Assembly: GCA_963747935.1 (NCBI GenBank) | Contig: CAVVGY010000010.1 | Location: 131,951-195,950, forward strand | Direction of reading: 5' to 3' | Origin: an uncultured Thermoleophilia bacterium | GTDB taxonomy: Bacteria > Actinomycetota > Thermoleophilia > UBA2241 | Length of the DNA stretch: 64,000 nucleotides | Part shown: piece by piece, positions 55,068-64,000 of the stretch | Position numbering within the stretch: position 1 is the stretch's first letter | Layout: every line of letters begins with the position of its first letter | Notes under the pieces: generated by a model | Told to the model about the DNA's origin: nothing | Seen by the model: only the letters and a program-made list of their open reading frames with translations | Databases searched by the model: none | Position numbers and translations under genes: made by a program

Positions 55068-56747
55068 TCAGCCTCCGGCCAGGGCGGCGCGCGCGTCCTC
55101 GGGCTCGCGCCGCCCGGGCGCGAAGCTGACGGCCAGCAGTTGCATGTCGTCCCGGAGGTCGGGCGCGAACCGCTCGACGGCCTCCTTGAGCGCCGCCGTC
55201 GCCGCCTGCGGGCTCTCCGGCGCCGCGTCGCTGAGCGTACGCAGCACCCTGTCCTCGCCGAACAGCGTGCCGTCCGCGGCGCGCGCCTCCGTCAGGCCGT
55301 CGGTGTAGAGCAGCAGCACCTCGTCGGGGTGGAACGACGAGACGGCCTCCTCGTACTCGTACGCGAACGTGCCCAGAGGCGGCCCGTAGACGGGCTCGAC
55401 GATCCGCGCCCCGCGCCGGCCGGCGAGGAACGGCGGCGGGTGGCCGGCGCTGGCCACCGTCACCTCATTGGTGCGCGTGTCCAGGCGCAGCAGGAGCACG
55501 GTGACGAACTGCAGCGTCCCCTCGTCGATGAGCACGCGGTTGAGGTGCCCGAGCACGAACGCCGGCGACGCCTTGAGGCTGGCGACGGCGCGGATGCCGC
55601 TGCGCACCGTCTCGGCCAGGGCCGACGCGCCCACGCCCTTGCCCTCCACGTCGCCGATCACGATGTCCACGTAGTCGCCGCTGCGAAACACGTCGGCGAA
55701 GTCGCCGCCCACAAGCTGGGGGCTGTAGGCCACGCGGCGGTAGAGGTCCACGGAGAGACCCTCGACCTCCGGCACCGCGCGGGCCAGGCTGGCCTGCAGC
55801 GTCACGGCTACGTCGCTGAGGCGCTCGTAGAGCCTGGCGTTCTCGAGCGCCTGCCCAAGCCGCGACGCCGCGCGCACGGCGAACATCCGCTCGATCTCGC
55901 TGAACTCGTGGACCTCGTCGAGGAAGCAGAAGATGAGCACGCCCTCGCGCACGCCGCGTACCGTGAGGGGGGTGATGAGCGACGAGACCAGGCCGAGCTC
56001 GGCCTGGATCAGGCTGCGTCCCTCGGGCCGGCCGGGGTCGTCGACCACCTGCACCGGCCGGCCCTCGCGGAACGCCTGCTCGAGGAACGGAGCGTCGCCG
56101 ACCGGGAACGAGCGGCCCATCACGGTCGCCGGCATGCTCCAGGTGACGAGCGGCCGCCACTCGTCGTCCTGGCGCAGCACGATGGCCGTGCCGTCGCAGG
56201 GGAGCTCTTCCGCTGCCAGGCGCACGGCCCGGTCGAGGATCTCGTCGCTGTCCAGGCTCGAGGTCAGCAGCGCTCCCATGACGTTCAGGCTCTGCTCGAG
56301 CCGTTGACGCAGCGCGAGGCGCTCCTCGCGCCGGCGCACCTGCTCGCGCAGCGACCGCGAGACGAGCCCGGCGAAGAGCGCGGCGAGGATCCAGAGCGCC
56401 ACGGAGGCGGCCGTGCCCCACGCGGTCGAACCCTGGCTCACGAAGAGGATGAACGCGGCGCTGCCGACGGCCGCGACGGCGACGCCACCCAGCGGTCCGG
56501 TGAGCGCGCCGGCGATCACGGACAGCAGGACGGCGATGGCGCCCGGCAGCCCCAGCGCCTCCTCCGGGGAGCCCGGCAGGTCGCCGAGCAGGAGCATGGC
56601 GGTCACCTGCAGCACCATGGTGACCAGGAGGACGGCCCACACCGGCGGCTGGTGCTCCAGGAGCCGGCGGTGTTTGCGCCGCTCCTCTTCCGGCGGGCGG
56701 CGCATGCGCGACCTCCCGCCGCGTCCGCCGGGGGTGCGCGTCACCAT
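55068..56747 (-). CDS. Membrane-anchored GAF plus PP2C (SpoIIE/RsbU-type) serine phosphatase
   Basis: Transmembrane helices; a GAF-like middle region; PP2C motifs GGDFADV, GDVEGKGVGASALA and LLLYTDGLTEA. Confidence 0.7.
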   Translation of the reverse strand: MVTRTPGGRGGRSRMRRPPEEERRKHRRLLEHQPPVWAVLLVTMVLQVTAMLLLGDLPGSPEEALGLPGAIAVLLSVIAGALTGPLGGVAVAAVGSAAFILFVSQGSTAWGTAASVALWILAALFAGLVSRSLREQVRRREERLALRQRLEQSLNVMGALLTSSLDSDEILDRAVRLAAEELPCDGTAIVLRQDDEWRPLVTWSMPATVMGRSFPVGDAPFLEQAFREGRPVQVVDDPGRPEGRSLIQAELGLVSSLITPLTVRGVREGVLIFCFLDEVHEFSEIERMFAVRAASRLGQALENARLYERLSDVAVTLQASLARAVPEVEGLSVDLYRRVAYSPQLVGGDFADVFRSGDYVDIVIGDVEGKGVGASALAETVRSGIRAVASLKASPAFVLGHLNRVLIDEGTLQFVTVLLLRLDTRTNEVTVASAGHPPPFLAGRRGARIVEPVYGPPLGTFAYEYEEAVSSFHPDEVLLLYTDGLTEARAADGTLFGEDRVLRTLSDAAPESPQAATAALKEAVERFAPDLRDDMQLLAVSFAPGRREPEDARAALAGG

Positions 56748-56855
56748 GCGCGCCGTGCCGGCGCGCCGGCCCGCATCCCCTGCTGCTCCTCTCGGCGTGG
56801 CGTCCACCCCTAGTGCTTGCCCGCCGCGCCGGGCCTCACGCCGTCGACCCTCGGG

Positions 56856-57554
56856 TCAGGCCGCGTCCCGGTCCTTCGCCGGCGACGAGTGGTCGCTCTC
56901 GGCTTCCGCCCGCTCGAACAGGCGCTTCTCGGCCCGGCGCACGAACAGGAACGCCACGACGACGAACACCACCATCGCGGCGACGCCCACGTAGCCCACC
57001 ACTCCGTTGATGGTGCTCACGCTGGCCCAGAAGAAGTAGCCCAGGAGCCCGATGCTGGCGGCCCACGCGACGGAGCCGAGCGCGTTCCAGAACGCGAACC
57101 TGCCCCAGGGCATGCGGGAGGCGCCGGCGAACAGGGCGGCCCCCACGCGGAGCAGCGCGATCCAGCGGCCGAAGAACACCGTCTTGGCGCCGTGCCGCGC
57201 GAAGAAGTAGTCGAGCACGCGCAGTTGGCGCTCGCGGATGTGCACCACCCTGCCGTAGCGCTCGAGCAGCGGCCGGCCGGCTCGGCGGCCGACCCAGTAG
57301 CCGATGTTGTCGCCGGTGATGGCGGCGATCGCGGCGACGGCGATCACCCAGTACAGGACGAGCACACCGCGCTGTGCCTCGACTGCTCCGGCGAGCAGGC
57401 TGGTCTCGCCGGGGAGCGGCAGCCCGGCGCTCTCTCCGCCGATCAGCACGGCCATGATCAGGTAGCCGTGCTGGGCGAAGACGGACTCGATCCAGCGCAC
57501 GACGTCGCCGATCAGGCCGGCCAAGAGGAAGTTCATGGCCGCGAGAAGGGTCAT
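56856..57554 (-). CDS. DedA-family membrane protein
   Basis: Internal ATG (MTLLAAMNFLLAGLIGDV…) and the conserved DedA G-x3-G-x5-P region (GESAGLPLPGETSLL). Confidence 0.7.
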   Translation of the reverse strand: MTLLAAMNFLLAGLIGDVVRWIESVFAQHGYLIMAVLIGGESAGLPLPGETSLLAGAVEAQRGVLVLYWVIAVAAIAAITGDNIGYWVGRRAGRPLLERYGRVVHIRERQLRVLDYFFARHGAKTVFFGRWIALLRVGAALFAGASRMPWGRFAFWNALGSVAWAASIGLLGYFFWASVSTINGVVGYVGVAAMVVFVVVAFLFVRRAEKRLFERAEAESDHSSPAKDRDAA

Positions 57555-57732
57555 GGCCGCGAGGCGGGCTTCGGCCGAGGCGAGCAGGTCATACAGGAGG
57601 TGTGCCCGCCCCCCGCCACATTTCAGCGCAGACGTGTGTAGTCCCACTGCACCTCGCGGTGCGGAAGACAGTCCGTCGACGGACATTGAGTCCGAACGTG
57701 GCCGCAAAAGGGGACGAGAGTCGCGAGACAGG

Positions 57733-58368
57733 ATGTATGACCGCGATGGACAGAGAGACCGTCTCCCGCTGCGGGTGCACGGCGACCCGTGGCTCTACGC
57801 GATCGCCCGGCTCCTGCTGGCGCCGCTCGTGGGCTTGTACGGCGCGCGCATCGCGGGCGCAGCGCACGTGCCCGCGCACGGCCCGGCGATCGTCGTCGCC
57901 AACCACCCGAGCGACGTGGACCCGATACTCGTGGCGATCGCCGTGCCGCGGCCGCTCCGGTTCATGGCCGACGAGGTCCAGTTCCGCCGCCGGTTCGTCG
58001 GCCCGGTGATCCGGCGGCTGCGGGCGTTCCCCGTGCGTCTGGACGAGCCCGACGTTGGCGCGCTGCGCCGGGCGCTCCAGCTGTTACGCGCCGGCGAAGC
58101 CGTCGCCTTGTTCCCCGAGGGCGACGTGCTGCGGCGCGCCGAACCCGGTGAGTTCCACGGCGGCGTGGCGCTGCTCGCGGCCCGTAGCGGCGCCCCCGTG
58201 GTGCCCGTCGCCATCGTCGGCGCCGAACGGCTCTGGGTCGGCGGACGCCCGAATCGGCCGCCGATCGAAGTCAGGTTCGGCGCGCCCGTAGCCCTCGACG
58301 GGCTTCGGGCGTCCGAGGCCGGCGACGCCTGCTCCCCGGCCGCCCGGCGCGCAGCCCTGGGCGGCTGA
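57733..58368 (+). CDS. 1-acyl-sn-glycerol-3-phosphate acyltransferase (PlsC family)
   Basis: H-x4-D motif (NHPSDVDPIL) and FPEG motif. Confidence 0.7.
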   Translation: MYDRDGQRDRLPLRVHGDPWLYAIARLLLAPLVGLYGARIAGAAHVPAHGPAIVVANHPSDVDPILVAIAVPRPLRFMADEVQFRRRFVGPVIRRLRAFPVRLDEPDVGALRRALQLLRAGEAVALFPEGDVLRRAEPGEFHGGVALLAARSGAPVVPVAIVGAERLWVGGRPNRPPIEVRFGAPVALDGLRASEAGDACSPAARRAALGG

Positions 58369-58440
58369 GGCGGCCGTACGCGCGAAGGCCGCGGGAGACG
58401 CCAGGCGCCGACCCGCGGCCTTCCTCACGGGCGGGAGCGG

Positions 58441-58728
58441 CTACGCCGCCCGCGCCCGATAGAACTCCTCGAGCCTCTGCCGGTCGTCCACAGTCATGTG
58501 GTCCGGATCCACCTCGGGCGCGTCGTCCAGGTACGACTTGGTGCGCTGGATCTCGAGCCGTCCGCCGATCTCGTGGAGTTCGTCCATGGGGACCAGCAGG
58601 TCGTCGGAGAGAGGCCGGTCGACGATCACGAACTCAGCGTCGCCGGTCACTCCCTTGACCTCACCGATCTTCATGTCGTCGCGCGCGTACACGTCGCGCC
58701 CGACCAGGATGTGACGGTCGATAGGCAT
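58441..58728 (-). CDS. PRC-barrel domain protein
   Basis: 95 aa; LVGRDVYARDDMKIGEVKGV…. Confidence 0.55.
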   Translation of the reverse strand: MPIDRHILVGRDVYARDDMKIGEVKGVTGDAEFVIVDRPLSDDLLVPMDELHEIGGRLEIQRTKSYLDDAPEVDPDHMTVDDRQRLEEFYRARAA

Positions 58729-58870
58729 CCTCTCCTCCTTCTGGCGCCTACGTTGGCTGTTCCCGCTCAGTCGCCAGAGATGCGTCGCTCCGACGACGCC
58801 CGTTGGTCCGCGGGCCGGTCGGCGGGCTGGCCGCGCTCGGTGGATGTGGGGAGACGCACCTCTGAAGACG

Positions 58871-58976
58871 TGTCTACATCGGCTCTACATCTGGAGCCTC
58901 GGCGCGCCCGAATGACCGAGATGTAGCTACATCGTGTCTACGTTCTCGGAGTCACCCGCGAAGAGTCACCCGCGAG
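58871..58976. promoter_or_regulatory. Cluster of TCTACATC motifs (three direct copies plus the perfect palindrome GATGTAGCTACATC) followed by a 12-bp direct repeat AGTCACCCGCGA (twice), upstream of the PRC-barrel gene
   Basis: The sequence is …gTGTCTACATCggcTCTACATCtgg…gaGATGTAGCTACATCgtgTCTACg…gAGTCACCCGCGAagAGTCACCCGCGAgg. Confidence 0.4.
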
Positions 58977-59007
58977 GACGACCGGGCGGCGGGGCCGTCG
59001 GCCGGCG

Positions 59008-59508
59008 TCAGCGCGTGGTGAAGTGGATGAGCACGCCGGCCGACCAGACGGCGGCGGCGGCGCAGAGGAGCACGAACTCCACAAGCACGCCCTTGCCCAT
59101 CGCCTTGAGCGTCTCGATGCTGTAGTGCACCGCCCGGCCGAGGTCCTGGTGGCGGATCGCCTCACTGACCAGCAGCCCGACCGCGAAGCCGACGAAGATA
59201 CCCACCACGGGGATGAAGATCATGCCCACGATGCCGGCCACAGCCGCGACGGCGACGGACCACCACGGCACCTCGAGCTGCTTAAGCCGCCGCCCGGTCA
59301 ACACGTAGCTCGCCGACCAGCCCGCGGCGCACAGCAGCGAGCCGATGACCGCGGCGACCCAGGCGGGCCACGATCCGACCACGGCCGCCCACACGAGCAG
59401 CGTCCCGATGGCGATGGGACTGCCGGGGAGCACCGGGTACAGCACCCCGGCGGCGGCGACCACCAGCAGGATGGCGGCGATGATGGTGGCGAGGATGTCG
59501 ACGTCCAT
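59008..59508 (-). CDS. DUF456-like small membrane protein
   Basis: MDVDILATIIAAILLVV… with four predicted transmembrane helices. Confidence 0.45.
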   Translation of the reverse strand: MDVDILATIIAAILLVVAAAGVLYPVLPGSPIAIGTLLVWAAVVGSWPAWVAAVIGSLLCAAGWSASYVLTGRRLKQLEVPWWSVAVAAVAGIVGMIFIPVVGIFVGFAVGLLVSEAIRHQDLGRAVHYSIETLKAMGKGVLVEFVLLCAAAAVWSAGVLIHFTTR

Positions 59509-59631
59509 ACGCGTATCGTGCCACGCCGGACTCGCCAACCGCCTCCCGGCCGATGCGACTGACGGCGGCGTGCCTCGTCCGCCAGCGGCCGGGAACCATG
59601 CGGGATGTGGCGACAGCAAGGGAGGGTACCC

Positions 59632-59700
59632 ATGTACATAGGCATAGGCGCCGTCATCGCCATCATCCTCATCATCATCCTGCTGGCCTGGATCTTCTAA
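59632..59700 (+). CDS. Candidate 22-aa hydrophobic single-transmembrane micropeptide (MYIGIGAVIAIILIIILLAWIF)
   Basis: AGGGAGGG RBS 5 nt upstream of the ATG, and a TAA stop. Absent from the ORF track because it is shorter than 60 aa. Confidence 0.3.
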   Translation: MYIGIGAVIAIILIIILLAWIF

Positions 59701-59803
59701 GGGCCGCAGAACGGCGAGACGGGCGGGCCGGTCGGTGTGACCGGCCCGCCCGTCCGGCGTTTGGAGCCGAGGGACCTGCCCGGGGGTACACAGCAGGTGG
59801 GAG

Positions 59804-60598
59804 GTGCGCATGCGACTCATCGGACGGTTGCTCGTCGCCGCGTTCAGCGTCGCCGTGCTGGCGGCCGCGGTGTACGGCGGCGTGCGCGCGGTGGAGTGGC
59901 TGGGCAGCCGCGACGCGTTCGGGCTGCTCGCCCGGCAACCGATGGAGCCGGTGCGCATCCGGACCCTCGACCCCTACACGAGAAAGGTCGCCGGCAAGCA
60001 GTGGTTCGGCGACTACTTCGTCACTATGGTGTTCTCGCAGACCGCGTCGGCCGGGTCACCGCGCATCGTCACCAAGTGGCAGCAGCGCACGGTGACGATC
60101 AAGCTGCTCAACAGCGACGGGCCCGAGGTGGAGAGCTATCTGGGCCGGCTCGTGAGCCGGCTCAATCGCCTGCAGGACCAGGTGGACTTCAGGCTCGGTG
60201 GCCCGCACCCGCTCATCACCGTCCAGTTCCTGGGGCACGAGTCCTACGTGGCGCAGAACGGAACGGGTAGCGTGGGCAACACGCGCACCCGCTACTTCCA
60301 GGGGCCGCCGGGGCTGATCAGGGCCCGGATCTCGGTGGACGTCGGGGTCCAGGACACCTCCGCCGAGGTCGAGTCCACGCTCATCCACGAACTGACGCAC
60401 GCCATCGGCGCCAGCGGCCACTTCACCGCCCCCAGCGACCGGCGGCGCAGCGTGATGTACGAGGCCAACACGCTCACCACCTGGAGTCAGAACGACGCCG
60501 CCGTGATCCGCATCCTGTACTCGCCGTTCGTCCGTCCGGGCATGACGCAGGCGGGAGCGCGCGCGGGGCTGCACCGCTTCGCGCGCGCCGCGCGCTGA
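59804..60598 (+). CDS. Secreted/anchored putative zinc metalloprotease-like protein (HExxH: HELTHAIG)
   Basis: N-terminal signal/anchor sequence and a single HExxH motif. Confidence 0.45.
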   Translation: MRMRLIGRLLVAAFSVAVLAAAVYGGVRAVEWLGSRDAFGLLARQPMEPVRIRTLDPYTRKVAGKQWFGDYFVTMVFSQTASAGSPRIVTKWQQRTVTIKLLNSDGPEVESYLGRLVSRLNRLQDQVDFRLGGPHPLITVQFLGHESYVAQNGTGSVGNTRTRYFQGPPGLIRARISVDVGVQDTSAEVESTLIHELTHAIGASGHFTAPSDRRRSVMYEANTLTTWSQNDAAVIRILYSPFVRPGMTQAGARAGLHRFARAAR

Positions 60599-60636
60599 CG
60601 AGCGCGGCCGGCGGCGCCGTAGCAGGAGCGCCGGGT

Positions 60637-61107
60637 CTAGGCGCGCTCCCAGCTCACGCGCGTGGTGACCAGCCGGCCGCCGGAGAGCACCGGAGCGGGC
60701 GTGCTCAGCACCAGCCGGTCGCCGTCGAGCTCCGCCGCCCGCACCTGGCTGCCTCCCACCCAGCCCGGGAAGAGCGCGAGATCCACGTGGTGCGTCACCG
60801 TGCCGGCGGCCTCGTCGACGTCGAACGTGCCGGCGTAGGCGAAGTACGTCTCGGCCTCCGCCGCGTGCTCCTCCGGCGTGAGCGCGGTCCAGTCGGCGGT
60901 CGCGATCGGCGTCCGCTCGCGCTCCATGATCTGCACGGACATGTGCCCGCTCGGGGAGTACAGGATCAGCCCCTGCGGTCGCTCGCCGTGCGGGCGGCGG
61001 ACCGGCGAGCCGTCGAGCGGCTCCTCCACGACGTCGAGGAGCCGCCAGGCGCCCAGCAGGCGGGCGCGCAGGCCGTCGGGCATCGCGGGCATGGTCTCAG
61101 GCATCGC
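60637..61107 (-). CDS. Lipocalin-like domain protein
   Basis: Internal ATG (MPETMPAMPDGLRARLLGAWRLLDV…). The LLGAWRL…EE hotdog/lipocalin-like start motif is present. Confidence 0.4.
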   Translation of the reverse strand, partial: AMPETMPAMPDGLRARLLGAWRLLDVVEEPLDGSPVRRPHGERPQGLILYSPSGHMSVQIMERERTPIATADWTALTPEEHAAEAETYFAYAGTFDVDEAAGTVTHHVDLALFPGWVGGSQVRAAELDGDRLVLSTPAPVLSGGRLVTTRVSWERA

Positions 61108-61864
61108 CCGCGGGCGGGCCGTCAGAGTCGCTCGCCCGCCGCCGGATGAGCGCGTCCACACCGTCGAGCAGGACGCGCAGGTCGAACTGCAGATCGGGGA
61201 ACGGCCGGTCCGGAGTGAATGCCCCGCCGGCCACCGCCTCGAGCAGTGCCGGGAACGCGTCGGCCCCGGCGACCTGCCGCAGCAGGCCGGCGAAGGCGGG
61301 AGCCTCGTCGCCGGCCTCGAAGTAGCCGCGCTGCGCGCCGTCGACCGCCGTGGCCGAGAGGCGCGCATACGCGAAGGTGTAGCCGCTGAGCAGCAGCAGG
61401 ATCTCGATCTTCTCGGACTCGCTCAGCGGCGTGCCCGACAGGGCCCGCAGGCCCAGCTCCATCCACATGAGCTGACTGGGCGTGCCCGCTCTCTCGATGT
61501 GCCGCACCTGCTCAAGCCAAGGGTGGCGCGCCAGGATCGCGACCTGCTCGCGCGTCCAGATCTCGAGCCCTGCGCGCCAGTCCCCGGACGCGATGTCGAA
61601 GCCGTGCTCGGGCCGCCAGCACGTGTCGTGCATCAGCAGCAGCAACTCGTCCTTGCTCGCGACGTACCGGTAGAGCGACATGGTCGTGAAGCCGAGGCGC
61701 TCGGCCACACGCTTCATGGAGACGGCGGCGAGCCCGTCCTGATCGGCGAGCTCCACGCCGCTCTCGACGATCCGCTCGAGGCTCAGACCGAGCCGAGCCT
61801 GCCGCTCCTGTCCGACGGCCGCGCCCCAGAGACGCTCCAGTGGTGAGGGTGTCACATCGCTCAT
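61097..61864 (-). CDS. TetR-family transcriptional regulator
   Basis: HTH LAAVSMKRVAERLGFTTMSLYRYVASKDELL. Confidence 0.8.
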   Translation of the reverse strand: MSDVTPSPLERLWGAAVGQERQARLGLSLERIVESGVELADQDGLAAVSMKRVAERLGFTTMSLYRYVASKDELLLLMHDTCWRPEHGFDIASGDWRAGLEIWTREQVAILARHPWLEQVRHIERAGTPSQLMWMELGLRALSGTPLSESEKIEILLLLSGYTFAYARLSATAVDGAQRGYFEAGDEAPAFAGLLRQVAGADAFPALLEAVAGGAFTPDRPFPDLQFDLRVLLDGVDALIRRRASDSDGPPAGDA

Positions 61865-61977
61865 CTCGTGCTCCTAACGGCGAACGCTTGCAGTGTACAC
61901 CATGTGTAGTGCATACTGTTCGTGTACATGCATACACAGAAGAGTACCTGTTACACAAGACGTGTGAGGTGAGGGAA

Positions 61978-62889
61978 ATGACGACAGCGATCTCGGCGGA
62001 CGGACTGGTCAAGAGGTTCGGTCGCCACAAGGCTCTCGACGGCCTCGACCTGCGAGTGCGGGCCGGCGAGGTCCACGGCTTCCTCGGTCCCAACGGCGCC
62101 GGTAAGACCACCACGCTGCGCGTGTTGCTCGGGCTGCTCCACACGGACGCCGGCGCGGCGTCGGTCCTCGGCATGGACCCCTGGCGCGACGCCGCCGCGC
62201 TGCACCGCCGGCTGGCGTTCGTGCCCGGCGACGTGAGCCTGTGGCCGAACCTCACCGGCGGTGAGGTGATCGACCTGCTCGGCGCCCTGCGCGGGGGCCT
62301 GGACCCCGCGCGCCGCGCCGAGCTCATCGAGCGCTTCCAGCTCGACCCCGGCAAGAAGTGCCGCGCCTACTCCAAGGGCAACCGCCAGAAGGTCGCGCTG
62401 GTGGCCGCCTTCGCCTCGCCCGTGGAGCTCTACCTGCTCGACGAACCGACGTCGGGCCTCGACCCGCTGATGATGGCCGTGTTCCAGGACGTCGTGCGCG
62501 AGGCCAACGCCCGCGGCGCCACCGTGCTGCTCTCCAGCCACATCCTCTCGGAGGTCGAGGCACTGTGCGACCGGCTCACGATCGTCCGCGACGGGCGCAC
62601 GGCGGACACCGGTTCGTTCGAGGAGCTCCGGCACCTCACGCGCACGACCGTCGCCGTCGACACGGCTGCGCCCGTCGACGGCATCGCGCTGCTCCCCGGC
62701 GTGCACGACGCCGTCGTGGACGGCACGCACGCCGAGTTCTCCGTGGACCACGCCGACCTGGGCCGGGCGCTCGAGCACCTGGTCGGCCTCGGCGTGCTCG
62801 CCCTGCAGACCACCCCGCCCACGCTGGAGGAGCTGTTCCTGCGGCACTACTCAGACGAGTCCCTCGCCCAGATGGAGGTCGTGCGATGA
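61978..62889 (+). CDS. ABC transporter ATP-binding protein
   Basis: Walker A GPNGAGKTT, ABC signature LSKGNRQKV and Walker B LYLLDEPTSGLD. Confidence 0.85.
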   Translation: MTTAISADGLVKRFGRHKALDGLDLRVRAGEVHGFLGPNGAGKTTTLRVLLGLLHTDAGAASVLGMDPWRDAAALHRRLAFVPGDVSLWPNLTGGEVIDLLGALRGGLDPARRAELIERFQLDPGKKCRAYSKGNRQKVALVAAFASPVELYLLDEPTSGLDPLMMAVFQDVVREANARGATVLLSSHILSEVEALCDRLTIVRDGRTADTGSFEELRHLTRTTVAVDTAAPVDGIALLPGVHDAVVDGTHAEFSVDHADLGRALEHLVGLGVLALQTTPPTLEELFLRHYSDESLAQMEVVR

Positions 62890-64000
62890 ACGCCTTCTCC
62901 GGCACCGCCACCCTGATCCGCCTCGCCCTGCGCCGCGACCGCCTGGTGCTCGGCGCGTGGATCGTCACCCTCGCCGGCCTGCTGATGGCCTTCACCTTCG
63001 CGTTCGCCAAGGACCTGCCGACCCAGGCGGACATCCTCCGGGAGACCCGGCTCATGGCCGGCAACGCCGGGTTCCGCATGCTCAGCCTCTCCCCCGGGGC
63101 GAGCGTCGGCGGCTACACGATCAACCGCGGGTTCATCACACTGGCGCTGCTGGCCGCGGTCATGAGCATCCTGTGCGTGGTGCGCCACACGCGGCAGAAC
63201 GAAGAGACCGGGCGCGGCGAACTGCTCGGCGCCGGCGTGATCGGACCCGTCGCGCCGCTGGCCGCCGCCGTCACCGTGGCGCTCGGCGCGAACCTGCTGC
63301 TCGCGCCGCTCGCGGGGCTCGGCATGATCGTCGCCGGCCAGCCGGCGGCGGGGTCGCTGGCCGCCGGCGCGGCCCTTGCCCTGGTGGGCGTGGCGTTCAC
63401 CGGCGTGGCCGCCGTCACGGCGCAGCTCTCGCGCTCGTCGCGGGGGGCGAGCGGCCTGGCGGTCGCCGCGCTCGCCGTCTCCTTCATCGTCAGCGGGCTC
63501 GGCAACATGCTGGGCCACGTGGACGCCACCGGCACGGTGGCGTACAGCGCGTGGCCCGGCTGGCTCACCCCCGTGGGCTGGGGCTACCAGCTGCGGCCGT
63601 TCGGCGACGAGCAGTGGTGGATCCTGGCGCTCGTCGCCGCGTTCACCGCGGTGCTGCTGGCCGCGGCCGGCCGCCTCGCCGCGCGGCGGGACCTCGGCGC
63701 CGGCGTACTCCCGGAGCGCGCCGGCAGGGAGCACGCGTCCGCCCTGCTGCGGCGGCCGTCAGGCTTCGGCCTGGCCTGGCGTCTGCAGCGCACGGCGTTC
63801 CTGGCGTGGCTCACGGTGCTCGTGGGCTTCGGCCTCATCTTCGGCTCGGTCAGCGAGAGCGCCGGCAAGACCGTAGGGAGCCTCGGCAAGGCACAGGCGC
63901 TCGACGCCTGGTTCACCTCGGTGGTCCTGATGGGCGGGGTGGCCGCCGCCATCTACGTCGTTCAGGTCCTGCTGCGGATGCGGGACGAGGAGGCGCGCGG
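62886..64000 (+). CDS. ABC-2-type exporter permease, partial; it runs off the right edge of the window
   Basis: The ATG overlaps the ATPase stop (ATGA). Multiple transmembrane helices, and the frame stays open to the window end. Confidence 0.65.
   Translation, partial: MNAFSGTATLIRLALRRDRLVLGAWIVTLAGLLMAFTFAFAKDLPTQADILRETRLMAGNAGFRMLSLSPGASVGGYTINRGFITLALLAAVMSILCVVRHTRQNEETGRGELLGAGVIGPVAPLAAAVTVALGANLLLAPLAGLGMIVAGQPAAGSLAAGAALALVGVAFTGVAAVTAQLSRSSRGASGLAVAALAVSFIVSGLGNMLGHVDATGTVAYSAWPGWLTPVGWGYQLRPFGDEQWWILALVAAFTAVLLAAAGRLAARRDLGAGVLPERAGREHASALLRRPSGFGLAWRLQRTAFLAWLTVLVGFGLIFGSVSESAGKTVGSLGKAQALDAWFTSVVLMGGVAAAIYVVQVLLRMRDEEAR

Noticed and set aside
1-64000. rRNA, tRNA, tmRNA, integrase/transposase or phage genes
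   Set aside because: None was recognised on either strand. The two repeat families have no associated transposase in this window.

Overview
This 64-kb window is a high-GC (about 70%+) chromosomal segment carrying roughly 60 protein-coding genes and no rRNA, tRNA or CRISPR. Gene content (ECF sigma factor, RipA-like NlpC/P60 with coiled-coil, SepF, GDSL hydrolase, MFS pumps) points to a high-GC Gram-positive (Actinobacteriota-like) organism, but that is only an inference.

Functional blocks, in order:
- An ECF sigma/anti-sigma pair at the left edge.
- A NuoF/GltD-fusion plus NuoG/FdhA-like flavo-iron-sulfur oxidoreductase pair. Upstream of it sits a DsbA-like gene whose first CxxC cysteine codon is an in-frame TGA, which is either a selenocysteine or a nonsense mutation.
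- OsmC, a transketolase-like gene, an MBL hydrolase and secreted cell-wall hydrolases.
- Tandem Bcr/CflA MFS paralogs, a DJ-1/PfpI protein, an M20 peptidase and an APC permease.
- Two adjacent secreted multiheme c-type cytochromes with about 5 and at least 8 heme-binding CxxCH motifs.
- A dimethylglycine/sarcosine-dehydrogenase-like gene, a class A beta-lactamase-like hydrolase, a D-2-hydroxyacid dehydrogenase and a formyltransferase.
- A second RipA-like hydrolase next to SepF.
- A dense arsenic island carrying acr3, two arsR genes, arsM, a Trx-like/TlpA-like/CcdA thiol-disulfide relay and an arsP permease. Co-directional with arsP is a previously undescribed-looking module: a Cys-cluster DUF2703-like protein, a ferredoxin, a DUF3343/Fe-S-domain protein and a radical SAM/SPASM enzyme.
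- A PP2C/GAF phosphatase, DedA, PlsC, a TetR regulator and an ABC-2 exporter.

Two small interspersed repeat families occur in the window: a roughly 110-bp palindromic element in 4 copies, and a MITE-like element with terminal inverted repeats in 3 copies.

At least 14 genes show apparent 1-nt frameshifts. The pattern is most consistent with systematic indel errors in the assembly, so coordinates near those sites are approximate. All calls rest on reading the sequence and the six-frame ORF track; no database search was run.
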